A program made the position numbers and the translations under genes. A stretch of DNA of 62,072 bases, counting the filler. It is 5 parts of 5 records of this genome, joined end to end, with 100 filler letters (N's around TTAATTAATTAA, not from the genome) between each part and the next. Parts side by side here need not be neighbours in the genome. Positions count along the whole stretch, not along the records: positions 1 to 15,584 come from DRR723986_9219; 4 more parts are not named here. The stretch is one strand, 5' to 3'. Below the pieces are notes generated by a model. The model was not told where the DNA came from. It saw nothing but the letters and a program-made list of their open reading frames with translations, and did no database searches. Every line of letters starts with the position of its first letter. The first letter of the stretch is position 1. Below are positions 1 through 9,398 of the stretch, piece after piece.

Positions 1-282
1 TTCCTGATAGGCCTCGACCACCTTGTCGCGGACGGTCACGGCGGTTTCGACGGCCAGTTCGGTCTGCGCCAAAGCGGTCACGAGGGAATGCGGATCGGCC
101 CCGGTGGTCAATGCGGCGCGGGCGGTGTCCTCACCCTGCTGGACGGTCTGGGTAAAGCTGCGCACCGCCTGCGAAAACACGTCCGCCGCGCCGCCCTGTG
201 TGCCGCTGTCCTGCGCACTCGGACGAGCAGCGTTTCGCGCCTGTCCATAGCCCTGCGTGGCGAGTGAGGTTCTGATATCCAT
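1..282 (-). CDS. fliE: Flagellar hook-basal body protein FliE (3' end truncated by window edge)
   Basis: Not in the ORF track; translated manually from ATG at 282: MDIRTSLATQGYG...ADPHSLVTALAQTELAVETAVTVRDKVVEAYQE. FliE C-terminal signature; follows flgC. Confidence 0.93.
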   Translation of the reverse strand, partial: MDIRTSLATQGYGQARNAARPSAQDSGTQGGAADVFSQAVRSFTQTVQQGEDTARAALTTGADPHSLVTALAQTELAVETAVTVRDKVVEAYQE

Positions 283-294
283 CCCGTGCCCTCC

Positions 295-684
295 TTACCG
301 GCGCAACAGATCGCTGAGCGATGACGACATCTGCCGGACCTGATCGAAGACCCTCAGATTGGCCTCGTAGCTGCGCTGCGCCTGCCGCGCGTCGGCAATC
401 TCCACCACAAGGTCGACGTTCGATCCCGAATAGTGGCCAGTCGCGTCTGCAAGCGGGTGCGCGGGGTCATAGACCTGCGGCAGCGGCGTCTGATCCAGGC
501 GGACCCGGCCCGTTGTCACCGAGCCCGGCGTCGCCTCCGCGGCGCGGTCGGGCTGAAAACTGATCAGCTTGCGCCGGTAGCCGGGCGTGTCGGCATTGGC
601 GATATTCTCCGATACATGGGTGATGCGGCTGGCCTGACTGCGCATTCCGCTCGCGGCGATGGACAGGGCTGTGGAAAAGCTCAT
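295..684 (-). CDS. flgC: Flagellar basal body rod protein FlgC
   Basis: SENIANADTPGY, YDPAHPLAD and SNVD...RSYEANL rod motifs. Confidence 0.96.
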   Translation of the reverse strand: MSFSTALSIAASGMRSQASRITHVSENIANADTPGYRRKLISFQPDRAAEATPGSVTTGRVRLDQTPLPQVYDPAHPLADATGHYSGSNVDLVVEIADARQAQRSYEANLRVFDQVRQMSSSLSDLLRR

Positions 685-696
685 CTCAAACGCTCC

Positions 697-1044
697 TTAT
701 CGGCCGAGGCTGGTGCGCAGCACGTTCATCGCCGAGCGATAGACGTTCAGGGCACGGCTATGGTCCCGCTGCGCCTGAACAGAGCGGACCATTTCCGCCT
801 CCAGCGAGACGGTGTTGCCATTGGGGGATTCGGGGCCGCCCGCATCCAGCGTACGGAAGTGCAGGCGGGCGGGGTCTGTTCCGCTGTCGGCGGCGCGAAA
901 GACATCCTCGAACGCCGCGATATCGCGGGCGCGATAACCCGGCGTGTCGGCATTGGCGACGTTCATCGCCACCTGCGTTTGACGGGCGGCGGCGTGTCGG
1001 GCGCGGGCCTGTGCCAGGCTGAAGATTTCCAAATTCTCGAACAT
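697..1044 (-). CDS. flgB: Flagellar basal body rod protein FlgB
   Basis: Start chosen at MFENLEIF (1044); NVANADTPGYRARD and PNGNTVSLEAEM motifs. Confidence 0.93.
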   Translation of the reverse strand: MFENLEIFSLAQARARHAAARQTQVAMNVANADTPGYRARDIAAFEDVFRAADSGTDPARLHFRTLDAGGPESPNGNTVSLEAEMVRSVQAQRDHSRALNVYRSAMNVLRTSLGR

Positions 1045-1140
1045 CGGGGCTTCTCCCTCGATTGGATACACCAAGGCTTAACGATGATTCCTTTAGAAAG
1101 CGTAAGCGCCGCCCCGTTTCCCAACCGAAGGCTCCGGATC

Positions 1141-2466
1141 ATGCAGACATTCCTCGACCCGCTCTTGTCCCGCATCGGCCAGATGCGCCCGGTCCACGCC
1201 CTTGGCCGGATCGCAGAGCTTCAGGCAGATTCGCTCTGGGTCGAGGGGCTGAACCGGATTGCGGCACTTGGCGATGCGGTGGAACTGGCGAATTCCCTGC
1301 GCGCCGAGATTGTGCGCATGGTCGATGGCCGCTGTCAGGTTCTGCCCGAGGGCCGCGTCGATGGCTTGCGCATCGGTGACCCTGTGCGCCATCTGGGCCC
1401 GGTTTCCGTGGCGCCGGGGATGCATTGGATCGGGCGGGTGATCGACCCGGATGGGGCGCCGCTGGATGGTCGGCCTCTCTATCCCGGCCCCGCGCCTTGT
1501 TCGCTGCGCGCACAGCCCCCCGCCGCCACCGCCCGCCGCGCCATGGGCGCGCGTTTGCCAACGGGGCTGTCCGTGTTCGATACGTTGCTGCCGATCGTTC
1601 AGGGCCAACGGATCGGGCTGTTTGCAGGCAGCGGCGTGGGCAAATCAACGCTTCTGTCCCGACTGGCGCGCGGCGTCGCGGCGGATGTGATCGTCATTGG
1701 CCTGATCGGCGAACGCGGGCGCGAGGTGCGCGATTTCGTCGAGGATACATTAGGCCCGGAAGGATTGGCGCGGTCCGTCGTCATCGCCGCGACGTCGGAC
1801 CGGTCGGCGCTGGTCCGCCAGCGCGCCGCCTGGACGACGATGGCAGTGGCCGAATTTTTCCGCGATCAGGGCGCACATGTCCTGTTGCTGGCCGATTCCG
1901 TGACCCGGTTCGCACAGGCACACCGGGAAGTCGCCGTCGCCTCGGGCGAACCTGCGACGCTGAACGGCTATCCGGCCTCGATGGCGCAGGCGGTCATGTC
2001 GCTTTGCGAACGCGCGGGACCGGGCGGACCGGGGCAAGGCGACATCACGGCGGTTCTGTCGGTGCTGGTCGCGGGGTCGGATATGGAAGAACCGGTGGCA
2101 GACACCCTACGCGGCGTGCTCGACGGCCATGTGGTGCTGGACCGAGAGATTGCCGAACGCGGGCGCTTTCCGGCGGTGGACCTGTTGCGATCGGTGTCGC
2201 GCAGCCTGCCGCGCGCCGCCAGTGCCGAGGAAAATCGCCTGATCGCCACGGCACGCCGTCACCTGGGCGTCTATGACCGGGCCGAGCTGATGCTACAGGC
2301 GGGGCTTTACGCTCAGGGCTCGGACCCGGCCATCGACGCAGCCTTGTCAGTCTGGCCCGGTCTGGATGGGTTTTTGGCCAGCGACAGCAGCGGCACCGCA
2401 GATGCGTTTGAGCGCCTTACTAACGTTCTGGCCCCCGCAGAACCCGACGATCAGCCCGCGCCCTGA
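1141..2466 (+). CDS. fliI: Flagellar export ATPase FliI
   Basis: Walker A AGSGVGKS, LIGERGREV, DSVTRFA, GVLDGHVVL. Start at 1141 because the upstream ORF extension is antisense to flgBC. Confidence 0.95.
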   Translation: MQTFLDPLLSRIGQMRPVHALGRIAELQADSLWVEGLNRIAALGDAVELANSLRAEIVRMVDGRCQVLPEGRVDGLRIGDPVRHLGPVSVAPGMHWIGRVIDPDGAPLDGRPLYPGPAPCSLRAQPPAATARRAMGARLPTGLSVFDTLLPIVQGQRIGLFAGSGVGKSTLLSRLARGVAADVIVIGLIGERGREVRDFVEDTLGPEGLARSVVIAATSDRSALVRQRAAWTTMAVAEFFRDQGAHVLLLADSVTRFAQAHREVAVASGEPATLNGYPASMAQAVMSLCERAGPGGPGQGDITAVLSVLVAGSDMEEPVADTLRGVLDGHVVLDREIAERGRFPAVDLLRSVSRSLPRAASAEENRLIATARRHLGVYDRAELMLQAGLYAQGSDPAIDAALSVWPGLDGFLASDSSGTADAFERLTNVLAPAEPDDQPAP

Positions 2467-3248
2467 AGCAACGCCAACGCGATAGAGGCAGAGCTTGTCG
2501 TGGCGGGCAACTGGTTCAACTGGGACCGCGCAAGGAACTGACGCACCAGTTCATCCATCCGCTCCGGGTCGGTAAACTGGCTGACTTCGGACGATCCCAG
2601 CAAATCCTCTGCCCGGTCCTGAAAGATCGTCAACTGCCGGTCCAGATCCAGTGTTCCGACAGAGGATGGCAAGCCAAACGCCGTCTCGAACACTTCGCGC
2701 AGGGGCGTGTTGCCCATGATCCGGAACCAGAGCGTTGAATCCTTCCCCCCCTCGGCCGCAAGCGCCGGCAATTCCCGCGTTGCATTCAGGGCGAGGCGCA
2801 TGTCGCCATCCACCTCGCCCACGGCCTGCTCGAAACTTTGTGCCTGGAAGCGGTCAAGGATCTTGTCTGCAAACCCCGGCAGCCGCGACAGGGGTGGCAG
2901 CCCGGTGCCGAAACCGAAGGCCTCGGAAAATTCGCGATAGCGTTTGTCGGCCAACCGGTTTGACAGCGCATCGTCATCCACCACGCCATCATCCAGAATG
3001 CGCTGGATGAAAAACTTGTTGGGCAGATCATCCTGCAACCCGAATGCCGTCAGAGAAACCCTGAGCAGCCGGTAGTCCCCCACCAGCTCCTCTGCACTGG
3101 TCACACCGCCGATGTTGTCGCGGAAATAATCCATGTCGCGCGACAGCGACGGCGTGGCAGCAAGACTGGCGCTCTGATCGTCCATTGTCCGGTTCAGAAA
3201 ACGCCAGCCGGCATAGCCCCCGATCGGTATGACGGGGACAAAGCTCAT
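2451..3248 (-). CDS. DUF1217 family flagellar-associated protein
   Basis: MSFVPVIPIGGYAGWRFL, YFRDNIG and LTAFGL motifs; position after flbT is typical. Confidence 0.85.
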   Translation of the reverse strand: MSFVPVIPIGGYAGWRFLNRTMDDQSASLAATPSLSRDMDYFRDNIGGVTSAEELVGDYRLLRVSLTAFGLQDDLPNKFFIQRILDDGVVDDDALSNRLADKRYREFSEAFGFGTGLPPLSRLPGFADKILDRFQAQSFEQAVGEVDGDMRLALNATRELPALAAEGGKDSTLWFRIMGNTPLREVFETAFGLPSSVGTLDLDRQLTIFQDRAEDLLGSSEVSQFTDPERMDELVRQFLARSQLNQLPATTSSASIALALLQGAG

Positions 3249-3649
3249 TGCGGGCGCGCCGCCATCAGCCGTTCTTCGCGCGGCAACAGCGTGCGCAGGG
3301 CCTTCAGCGCCTGATAAGCATTGCCCGCCACGATCTGATCGGTGGCCATGCCCAGTTGCGACCGGCTGTCAGGATCGGTGAAAACCTGGCTCAACTGTTC
3401 GATCCCGCGAAGGATTTGCATCCGCGCCTCGCTTTCCTCGGCATCCCCGGACAGCACCAGTTGCGCGATGTAGCACACCCGGCGCACCGGCGTTGTCACC
3501 TCTTCAGGATGGATGGCGTCGCGCAGCCGCAGGATGTTGGCATTGGGCGTGACAATGGACAGTCGTGACCTGCGATCGCCGTTTTCGATCACCGCGCCGT
3601 TGATCAGCACCCGTTCTTTCGGGGACAGTTTCAGAACAAGACCACTCAT
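3245..3649 (-). CDS. flbT: Flagellin translational regulator FlbT
   Basis: MSGLVLKLSPKERVLINGAVIENGDRR...YQALKALR; ATGA overlap with flaF. Confidence 0.95.
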   Translation of the reverse strand: MSGLVLKLSPKERVLINGAVIENGDRRSRLSIVTPNANILRLRDAIHPEEVTTPVRRVCYIAQLVLSGDAEESEARMQILRGIEQLSQVFTDPDSRSQLGMATDQIVAGNAYQALKALRTLLPREERLMAARPQ

Positions 3650-4020
3650 GCTGCCTGCGCCTCCCCCCGCAACCCGCGCATCACGGCGGTGTTTATGTCG
3701 ATCAGCGGCGTCAGGGATGCGCCACCGGACAGGGCCTTGCGGCTGTGCTGAAGGGTGAATTCCGCAAGGTAAAAGATCTGTGCCCGCAGGGATTGCGGCA
3801 GGGCATTGCTGGAATCGGCGACGTTGGCGGCCATCAGGGTCCATAGACGGCGATTGTCATGCAAGGCGGTGGCCCTTTGGACAACACTGGCCTCTGGGCG
3901 ATCGGCGCGCGACAATTGCGCGGTGATCCGTTCGAAGGCGGCATGTTCGGTCCCGCGCTCGGTTTTCACGGCGGATTGGACCGGGTTGTAGGCGCTTTGC
4001 GCCAGGTAGGATGACGTCAC
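3646..4020 (-). CDS. flaF: Flagellar biosynthesis regulator FlaF
   Basis: ALHDNRRLW, NALPQSLRAQIFYLAEF and LIDINTAVMRGL motifs. Confidence 0.95.
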   Translation of the reverse strand: MTSSYLAQSAYNPVQSAVKTERGTEHAAFERITAQLSRADRPEASVVQRATALHDNRRLWTLMAANVADSSNALPQSLRAQIFYLAEFTLQHSRKALSGGASLTPLIDINTAVMRGLRGEAQAA

Positions 4021-4098
4021 GGCGATGTTCCTTTCGGGAACTCAGGTCAGGGGGCTGGGGCGGAGGGGCCGGAGAGATTTCCCCGGCCCGGTCTGGCC

Positions 4099-5634
4099 TT
4101 AACGGAACAGCGACAGGATCGACTGTGGCGCCTGATTTGCAATGGACAGCGACTGTGTTGCCAGCTGCTGCTGCACCTGAAGCGCCTGCAGCTTTGCAGA
4201 GGCCTCTTCCATGTTGGCATCGACCAAGGTGCCGATCCCGGCCTTGAGCGAGTCGACGAGACTGTCGATGAAGTTCGACTGTGTCTCAATCCGCCCCTGG
4301 GCAGAGCCGAAGCCAGCAGCCGCATCGATCGCGTTCTGGATCAGTGTTTCCACGTTGTCCAAGGCAGAATCGGCCCCGGCATCAGTGGTCACGTCGATGT
4401 TGTCCAGACCGAACAACCCGCCAGAGGCCGTCCCGCCGGCCTGGCCGTTATCGGCAAGCGCCATCGTCGCACCCGCCGTCGTGTCGGAGCCGTCATAATC
4501 GACCAGGACAGTCCAGCCATCTGTGGCATTCCCGGTCACTTGCGTCGATACGCCGGTTTCACCGCCCGCATCGACGGCCGTCTTCAATCCGCGCGCCACA
4601 TCCTCCATCGATTCGCCCTTTCCGGCGACATAGTCATAGTCATTGCCGTTGACAGAGATTCGATAGCTGTCCCCCTCATTGACGACCGCACTTGTGGACA
4701 GGGCCACTTCCTCGGCCCGGTAGGTCAGCGTGGTGCTGTCGGACCCGATCGCCGCAACCGCACTGTCACCGGTGCCGCTGTTGGCCATGGCCACCGTGTC
4801 AATGCCGCCCGAATTCCAGCCGACGGTAAATTCGTCGAAGCTGTTGGTGTTGGACAGCGTCAGCACGCCCGACCCGTTCGACGACGCCGTGATGCCGGTC
4901 AGGCCAAGGGCGTTGATCTGGCCTTCGGCGTTGTCGATCATCGTTGCGGCGTCGGTGTCGAACGCCACGGTGATGGTCGACCCGTTGATCGACAGTTCCA
5001 GCGAATCGGTGCCCGAGGTGTTGGCATAGGTCAGCGCCACCGCGTTGGCCGCGCCTGTGCTGTCAATCGCGGCGGCCCCGGCGGTGATATTGGTGGCCAG
5101 CGAAGCACCGCTGCCATAGGTGCCCGACGTGGTGGTCAGATCCTGCCGGGCGACGGTGATGTTGCTGGCAGTCACCGACCCGTTTTCCGCCCGGTCGAGC
5201 GACGACAGGACGTTCACGTCATCGGTGCCCTGCACCAGGTTCAGCCCGTTGAACTGCGCCGCGCTGACAACCGAGGTGATCTGATCGCGCAGGGCGGTGA
5301 TATCGGTCTGGATCTTGGCGCGATCGACGTTTTCTTCCTGCGCGGCGACGATCTTGCCTTTGATCTCGGTCAGCAGGTCAGTCACGGTTTCCGATGCGTT
5401 GCGTGCCACGGCGACGGTGGATTCGCCAAGCGACAGGCTTTCAGAAATGCCCTTGAAGCCCTTCACGTCCGATTCCATCACCTTGGAAATGGCCCATACG
5501 GCAGAATTGTCCTTGGCGGTGGCCACGGATTTGCCGGTCGAGATTTCCTCCTGTGTCTTGTTCAGGTTGGTGTTGACGGATTTCAGGGTCTGAAGCGCAA
5601 CCATGGCGCTGGTATTCGTCAGAATGCTGGACAT
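4099..5634 (-). CDS. fliC: Flagellin with large central variable region (511 aa)
   Basis: N-terminal SILTNTSAMVALQTL...ISTGK...AAQFNGLNL; C-terminal LVDANMEEASAKLQALQVQQQLA...SILSLFR. Confidence 0.97.
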   Translation of the reverse strand: MSSILTNTSAMVALQTLKSVNTNLNKTQEEISTGKSVATAKDNSAVWAISKVMESDVKGFKGISESLSLGESTVAVARNASETVTDLLTEIKGKIVAAQEENVDRAKIQTDITALRDQITSVVSAAQFNGLNLVQGTDDVNVLSSLDRAENGSVTASNITVARQDLTTTSGTYGSGASLATNITAGAAAIDSTGAANAVALTYANTSGTDSLELSINGSTITVAFDTDAATMIDNAEGQINALGLTGITASSNGSGVLTLSNTNSFDEFTVGWNSGGIDTVAMANSGTGDSAVAAIGSDSTTLTYRAEEVALSTSAVVNEGDSYRISVNGNDYDYVAGKGESMEDVARGLKTAVDAGGETGVSTQVTGNATDGWTVLVDYDGSDTTAGATMALADNGQAGGTASGGLFGLDNIDVTTDAGADSALDNVETLIQNAIDAAAGFGSAQGRIETQSNFIDSLVDSLKAGIGTLVDANMEEASAKLQALQVQQQLATQSLSIANQAPQSILSLFR

Positions 5635-5792
5635 GATGTGTCCTTCCTCTTCTAGTTCGGCGCCTGAATTCCGCGCCCGTTTCAGACCTGCCTTCGCAGA
5701 TCAGCCCAAAACGTCCTTCTGACGCCTGCGGCGGGCCTTCGCGGCCCGACACGCCACCCAGTACGGTGCAGGGGAACCATCGGCGGAAAGGT

Positions 5793-5808
5793 CTAACAAG
5801 CTCCTAAG
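5793..5808. promoter_or_regulatory. Degenerate CtrA-like box upstream of flagellin
   Basis: CTAA-caagctc-CTAAG compared with consensus TTAA-N7-TTAAC. Confidence 0.4.
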
Positions 5809-5850
5809 ATCACAGGGAATTTCCGGGGGATTTTAGTGAAATCCCAAGCG

Positions 5851-6198
5851 TTATCGGCGGCGTTCGAACCGTGTCTGCGCCGATCCGATCTGGCCGCTGC
5901 GTCCGAACGCATCGTAGCTGGAGAATCCCGATGGCACCGCGATGCTGGACCGGGCGTCCCGCATCCCGGCCATGACCGCGCGCAACAGGTCCGCGACCCG
6001 GCTCGCGCGGATGCGCAAGGATTGCAGGCGGCCCGCTGCCGCCCGGTCCTGCGCGGTAGCCTGCAAGGATTGCATGGCCCGTTCCAATGCGGCCATTGCC
6101 CCGCCAAGGTCTGAAAACCTTCGCTCTCGCAACGCGGTTTCCACCCCGGCCAGGGCCCGTTCGGCAGCTGTCAGACGGTCGGCATGCCCCCAGATCAC
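5851..6198 (-). CDS. FlgN-like flagellar chaperone
   Basis: Helical protein ending FSSYDAFGRS; lies between the rod-binding gene and flagellin, as in Rhodobacteraceae. Confidence 0.6.
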   Translation of the reverse strand: MIWGHADRLTAAERALAGVETALRERRFSDLGGAMAALERAMQSLQATAQDRAAAGRLQSLRIRASRVADLLRAVMAGMRDARSSIAVPSGFSSYDAFGRSGQIGSAQTRFERRR

Positions 6199-6482
6199 GG
6201 GGCCAGCCCTTCACGGGCAGCCAAGGCGTTGAACAGAGATTCGGCCAACCCGATGCCGCCACCTGCCGCCATAGCGCGCGCCTGCTCGGTTCTCAGGAAG
6301 GAGGCAAACTGGTCTTCACCATGCCCGCCGCCGAAACTGTCGCGCGGGGTGCCAAGGCCGCCATGGCGCAGCATTTCCGCCAGAAAGGTGGCCTCCAGCT
6401 CTTGCGCGGCGCGCCTCAACTCGGCCTCATTGCGTGGCGACAAAAGCGGCGAGGGCACAGGCGACAGGGTCAGCTCGGACAT
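6195..6482 (-). CDS. flgJ: Rod-binding protein (short FlgJ)
   Basis: LRRAAQELEATFLAEML...FGGGHGEDQFASFL...GGIGLAESLF; start at MSELTLS. Confidence 0.88.
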   Translation of the reverse strand: MSELTLSPVPSPLLSPRNEAELRRAAQELEATFLAEMLRHGGLGTPRDSFGGGHGEDQFASFLRTEQARAMAAGGGIGLAESLFNALAAREGLAP

Positions 6483-6522
6483 ATCCAATTCTCCGTAATT
6501 GGGCCGACTATCGCGCACCGGG

Positions 6523-6538
6523 GTAAAGAATTGGTAAG
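6523..6538. promoter_or_regulatory. Degenerate CtrA-like box in the flgJ/fliK divergent region
   Basis: GTAA-agaattg-GTAAG. Confidence 0.45.
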
Positions 6539-6587
6539 CTCTGCCGTCGAAACTGCGGACTAACCCGGAAGAAATCTGGATAGATTC

Positions 6588-8684
6588 ATGGATTCGATTG
6601 TGCAGCCGCTGCCACTGATCAACCTGCCTCTGCCCTCGGCTGACGGGGGGCAGGCTTTCGGTATGTCGGGCGATGCGTTTGCCACGGCGTTTCACATGCC
6701 CGACCAGCCACCGGGCGCGTCGGACAGGTCGTTTCCTCTGCGGGGCGCAGGGCGTTTCCTTTGGGCAGAGGCCCCGGGCCACGCAACTGAAGACGCACCC
6801 TTGCCGACGGATGACATCTTGGCGGGGGTCGCGGGTCTAGATGATCTGATCGACCCGGATTCATCCGCTCAGACCGTTGCCATTGCGCTGCCCGAACCTG
6901 CCGTTCCATCTGCGCTGGCATCCTTGGACGATGCGCAGTCAATTCCCGGCCCCTTGCAGATGCTGTCCGCGACGCTGCCCGGGGCGCAGGTGGCAGACAG
7001 CCCGGGCCATCCGCTCCCGAATGCCGCGCCATCCGGCGAGGTCGTTCCAGCCATCCCCTTGGGTCCGAAGCCCCGCACCGATCCAGCAGCCGCGCAGTAT
7101 TCTGCACCCCTCCGGGATCGGAATCCGATGCTCGACCCTCCGGTCGGAAGGAAGGTTGCACCTTCGGGTGACGCGACCGCTTTCAACGGCGCCACCCCAT
7201 CCGGTCCGGGACGCGAGATCCCGCAACCGGACCCACATGCGCAGGTCAGTCCTCTCCGGTCAGTGCCGGACATACGAATTGCGCCCGCTACCCTGACGCC
7301 AGCAACAGACCCAAACGCCCCCGATCGGCGCGCGCCGCATGGCTCGCCGGACCCCACCCGACCGACGCGCAAGGCCACCCTGCCCCGCCTTGAACAGGCG
7401 GTGCTGCCCGTCGAGACCGCTGCCGAAGCTTCCGCATCTGATCCGAACGCAGCGGTCGGGACATCCTTTGCGACCCCGAGCGCCCCAGCCGAAATCGCCG
7501 CTGCCGGAATGCTGGCGCCACAAGGAGATCTTCCCCCTCATCCGCCGATGAAACACGCACAGACGCAGCGGATGGATCCGATGCATTCCCCCCCCACCAC
7601 CGCGAAGCCAATCCTGCCTTTGCCCCCAGACCCGAGCCATCAGCCTCCGCTTCAGACCCATTTGCAGCGGTCCGAACAGCCTGAACCACCCACCCGGCAA
7701 GACGGCCGGGTTCTGCCGGTGCTGTCGGCCCCTAGCGGACAGGCGCAGGAGAATACCGGGCCGGACCACCTCCCGATAGGCACAAGAACGCAGGCCGGGT
7801 TCATTCAACCTGCGGATACGCCAGAGTTGCGCGTTCCTTCGACGGCACCGCGCGCCGCCCCTGACCTCGCCGCTACCGCCCCAATCGCAAACCTTGCGCC
7901 GGCCGACGTTCAGAACACGGGGCCGTCAAGGACCAACAGACCGGTCCCGACTGGCAAGATCGAGCCTATCGGCCCATGGTCGCACGCCCTTTTGCAACAA
8001 CCGCAGCCATCCGTGGCATCCGGGGCGGCACCCAACCCGCCGCCTGAAACGCCCCAGATCGCGACCACACCCGATCCCGTCGGAATCGCAACGCTGCCAG
8101 ACGCACCTCCTCTTCGGACGATGTCGGCCAACACCCCGGCCCCGACCGCCGTGTCGGGCCAGTCCGACCCCGCCTTCATTCTGGACGCCACGCTCGACAC
8201 GCCCCTGCCCGCAACCACCGGTGCAGACAACCGGGCTGCTGACCCCTCCTCCGCCACACCAAGCCCCCGTCCGGAGCCCGTTACGACCCAGATTGCGCAC
8301 AGGATTCTGTCCATGCCCGCGATGACGGAACGGGATGCACCGCTGGAACTGACCCTCGACCCGCCAGAGCTTGGGCAGATCCGGATCTCCGTTACCCGCG
8401 GAACGGATGGGATGATCCTGCACCTGCATGCCGACCAGCCTGAAACGCTGGACCTTCTGCGCCGTCATGGCGGTGCGCTGATGCAGGAATTGCAAAGACA
8501 GGGGCTCGACCATGCCGGGTACAGCTTCTCGGGCCGCGATCAGGGGGGCCAACAGCAAAAGCCGGGCGCAGCCCCCGTCATCACAGCAGAGGACAGCGCC
8601 CAGACTCACCCCACCCGTACCCCGCACCCGACGCAATCCGCGGCCGGGACATCGGGGCAGTCGGGTCTCGATATTCGCCTGTAA
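6588..8684 (+). CDS. fliK: Flagellar hook-length control protein FliK
   Basis: Pro/Ala-rich N-terminus; C-terminal ELTLDPPELGQIRI...ETLDLLRRH...GLDIRL; upstream of flgD. Confidence 0.9.
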   Translation: MDSIVQPLPLINLPLPSADGGQAFGMSGDAFATAFHMPDQPPGASDRSFPLRGAGRFLWAEAPGHATEDAPLPTDDILAGVAGLDDLIDPDSSAQTVAIALPEPAVPSALASLDDAQSIPGPLQMLSATLPGAQVADSPGHPLPNAAPSGEVVPAIPLGPKPRTDPAAAQYSAPLRDRNPMLDPPVGRKVAPSGDATAFNGATPSGPGREIPQPDPHAQVSPLRSVPDIRIAPATLTPATDPNAPDRRAPHGSPDPTRPTRKATLPRLEQAVLPVETAAEASASDPNAAVGTSFATPSAPAEIAAAGMLAPQGDLPPHPPMKHAQTQRMDPMHSPPTTAKPILPLPPDPSHQPPLQTHLQRSEQPEPPTRQDGRVLPVLSAPSGQAQENTGPDHLPIGTRTQAGFIQPADTPELRVPSTAPRAAPDLAATAPIANLAPADVQNTGPSRTNRPVPTGKIEPIGPWSHALLQQPQPSVASGAAPNPPPETPQIATTPDPVGIATLPDAPPLRTMSANTPAPTAVSGQSDPAFILDATLDTPLPATTGADNRAADPSSATPSPRPEPVTTQIAHRILSMPAMTERDAPLELTLDPPELGQIRISVTRGTDGMILHLHADQPETLDLLRRHGGALMQELQRQGLDHAGYSFSGRDQGGQQQKPGAAPVITAEDSAQTHPTRTPHPTQSAAGTSGQSGLDIRL

Positions 8685-8696
8685 CGGAGGACAAAG

Positions 8697-9359
8697 ATGG
8701 ACGTCGTCGCAACAACCCAGACCAGCCAGGCCGCCAGCACATCGACGGCTTCGGAAGATAGCACCCTGATCAATTCCGATTTCCAGACCTTTCTGACCAT
8801 GCTGACCACGCAGATGCAGAACCAGGATCCTCTGAACCCGATGGAATCGACCGAATTTGCCACGCAACTGGCGACGTTCTCGGGCGTGGAACAGCAGGTG
8901 CGTACAAATGATCTTCTCAGCGGTTTGCAAGACAGCATGGCCCTGTCCAGCATGGGGCAGATCGCGGGATGGATCGGCATGGACGCTCGGGCCGAGATGC
9001 CGATGGCCTTCGACGGAGAGCCGCTGACGTTATATGCGGCCGAGAATGTGCTGGCGGATCGGATGGAACTGGTGGTTACGGATGCCGACGGGCAAACGCT
9101 GCAACGGCTTGCGATCCCCGCCACCGAAACCGCATTCCAATGGGCGGGCGTCACCACGGACGGCGAACCGCTGCCAAGTGGCGTTTACGGCTTCCACGTG
9201 GAATATTTCTCCGATGACGTGCCGATCGACACGCAACCGGCGCAGGGATATGCCCGGATCGAAGAAGCGCAGATCGTGAACGGGGATATCTGGTTGTCGA
9301 TGTCGGGCGGCGTGCAGGTCAATGCCTCGCTGGTGCAGGCGGTGCGCAATCCGGCATAA
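8697..9359 (+). CDS. flgD: Flagellar hook capping protein FlgD
   Basis: FLTMLTTQMQNQDPLNPMESTEFATQLATFSGVEQ. Confidence 0.96.
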   Translation: MDVVATTQTSQAASTSTASEDSTLINSDFQTFLTMLTTQMQNQDPLNPMESTEFATQLATFSGVEQQVRTNDLLSGLQDSMALSSMGQIAGWIGMDARAEMPMAFDGEPLTLYAAENVLADRMELVVTDADGQTLQRLAIPATETAFQWAGVTTDGEPLPSGVYGFHVEYFSDDVPIDTQPAQGYARIEEAQIVNGDIWLSMSGGVQVNASLVQAVRNPA

Positions 9360-9398
9360 GGGCAGGCCGCGCGAAACGGCCCGCCCCGTGCGTTCGCC

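Noticed and set aside
1075-1110. CtrA box in the flgB/fliI divergent region
   Set aside because: Only a TTAAC half-site is present; the spacing does not fit TTAA-N7-TTAA.
433-1140. N-terminal extension of the fliI ORF (677 aa)
   Set aside because: It is antisense to flgC/flgB; FliI homology begins at ATG 1141.
4099-5634. Proteolytic flagellin (flagellinolysin)
   Set aside because: There is no HExxH motif in the insert.
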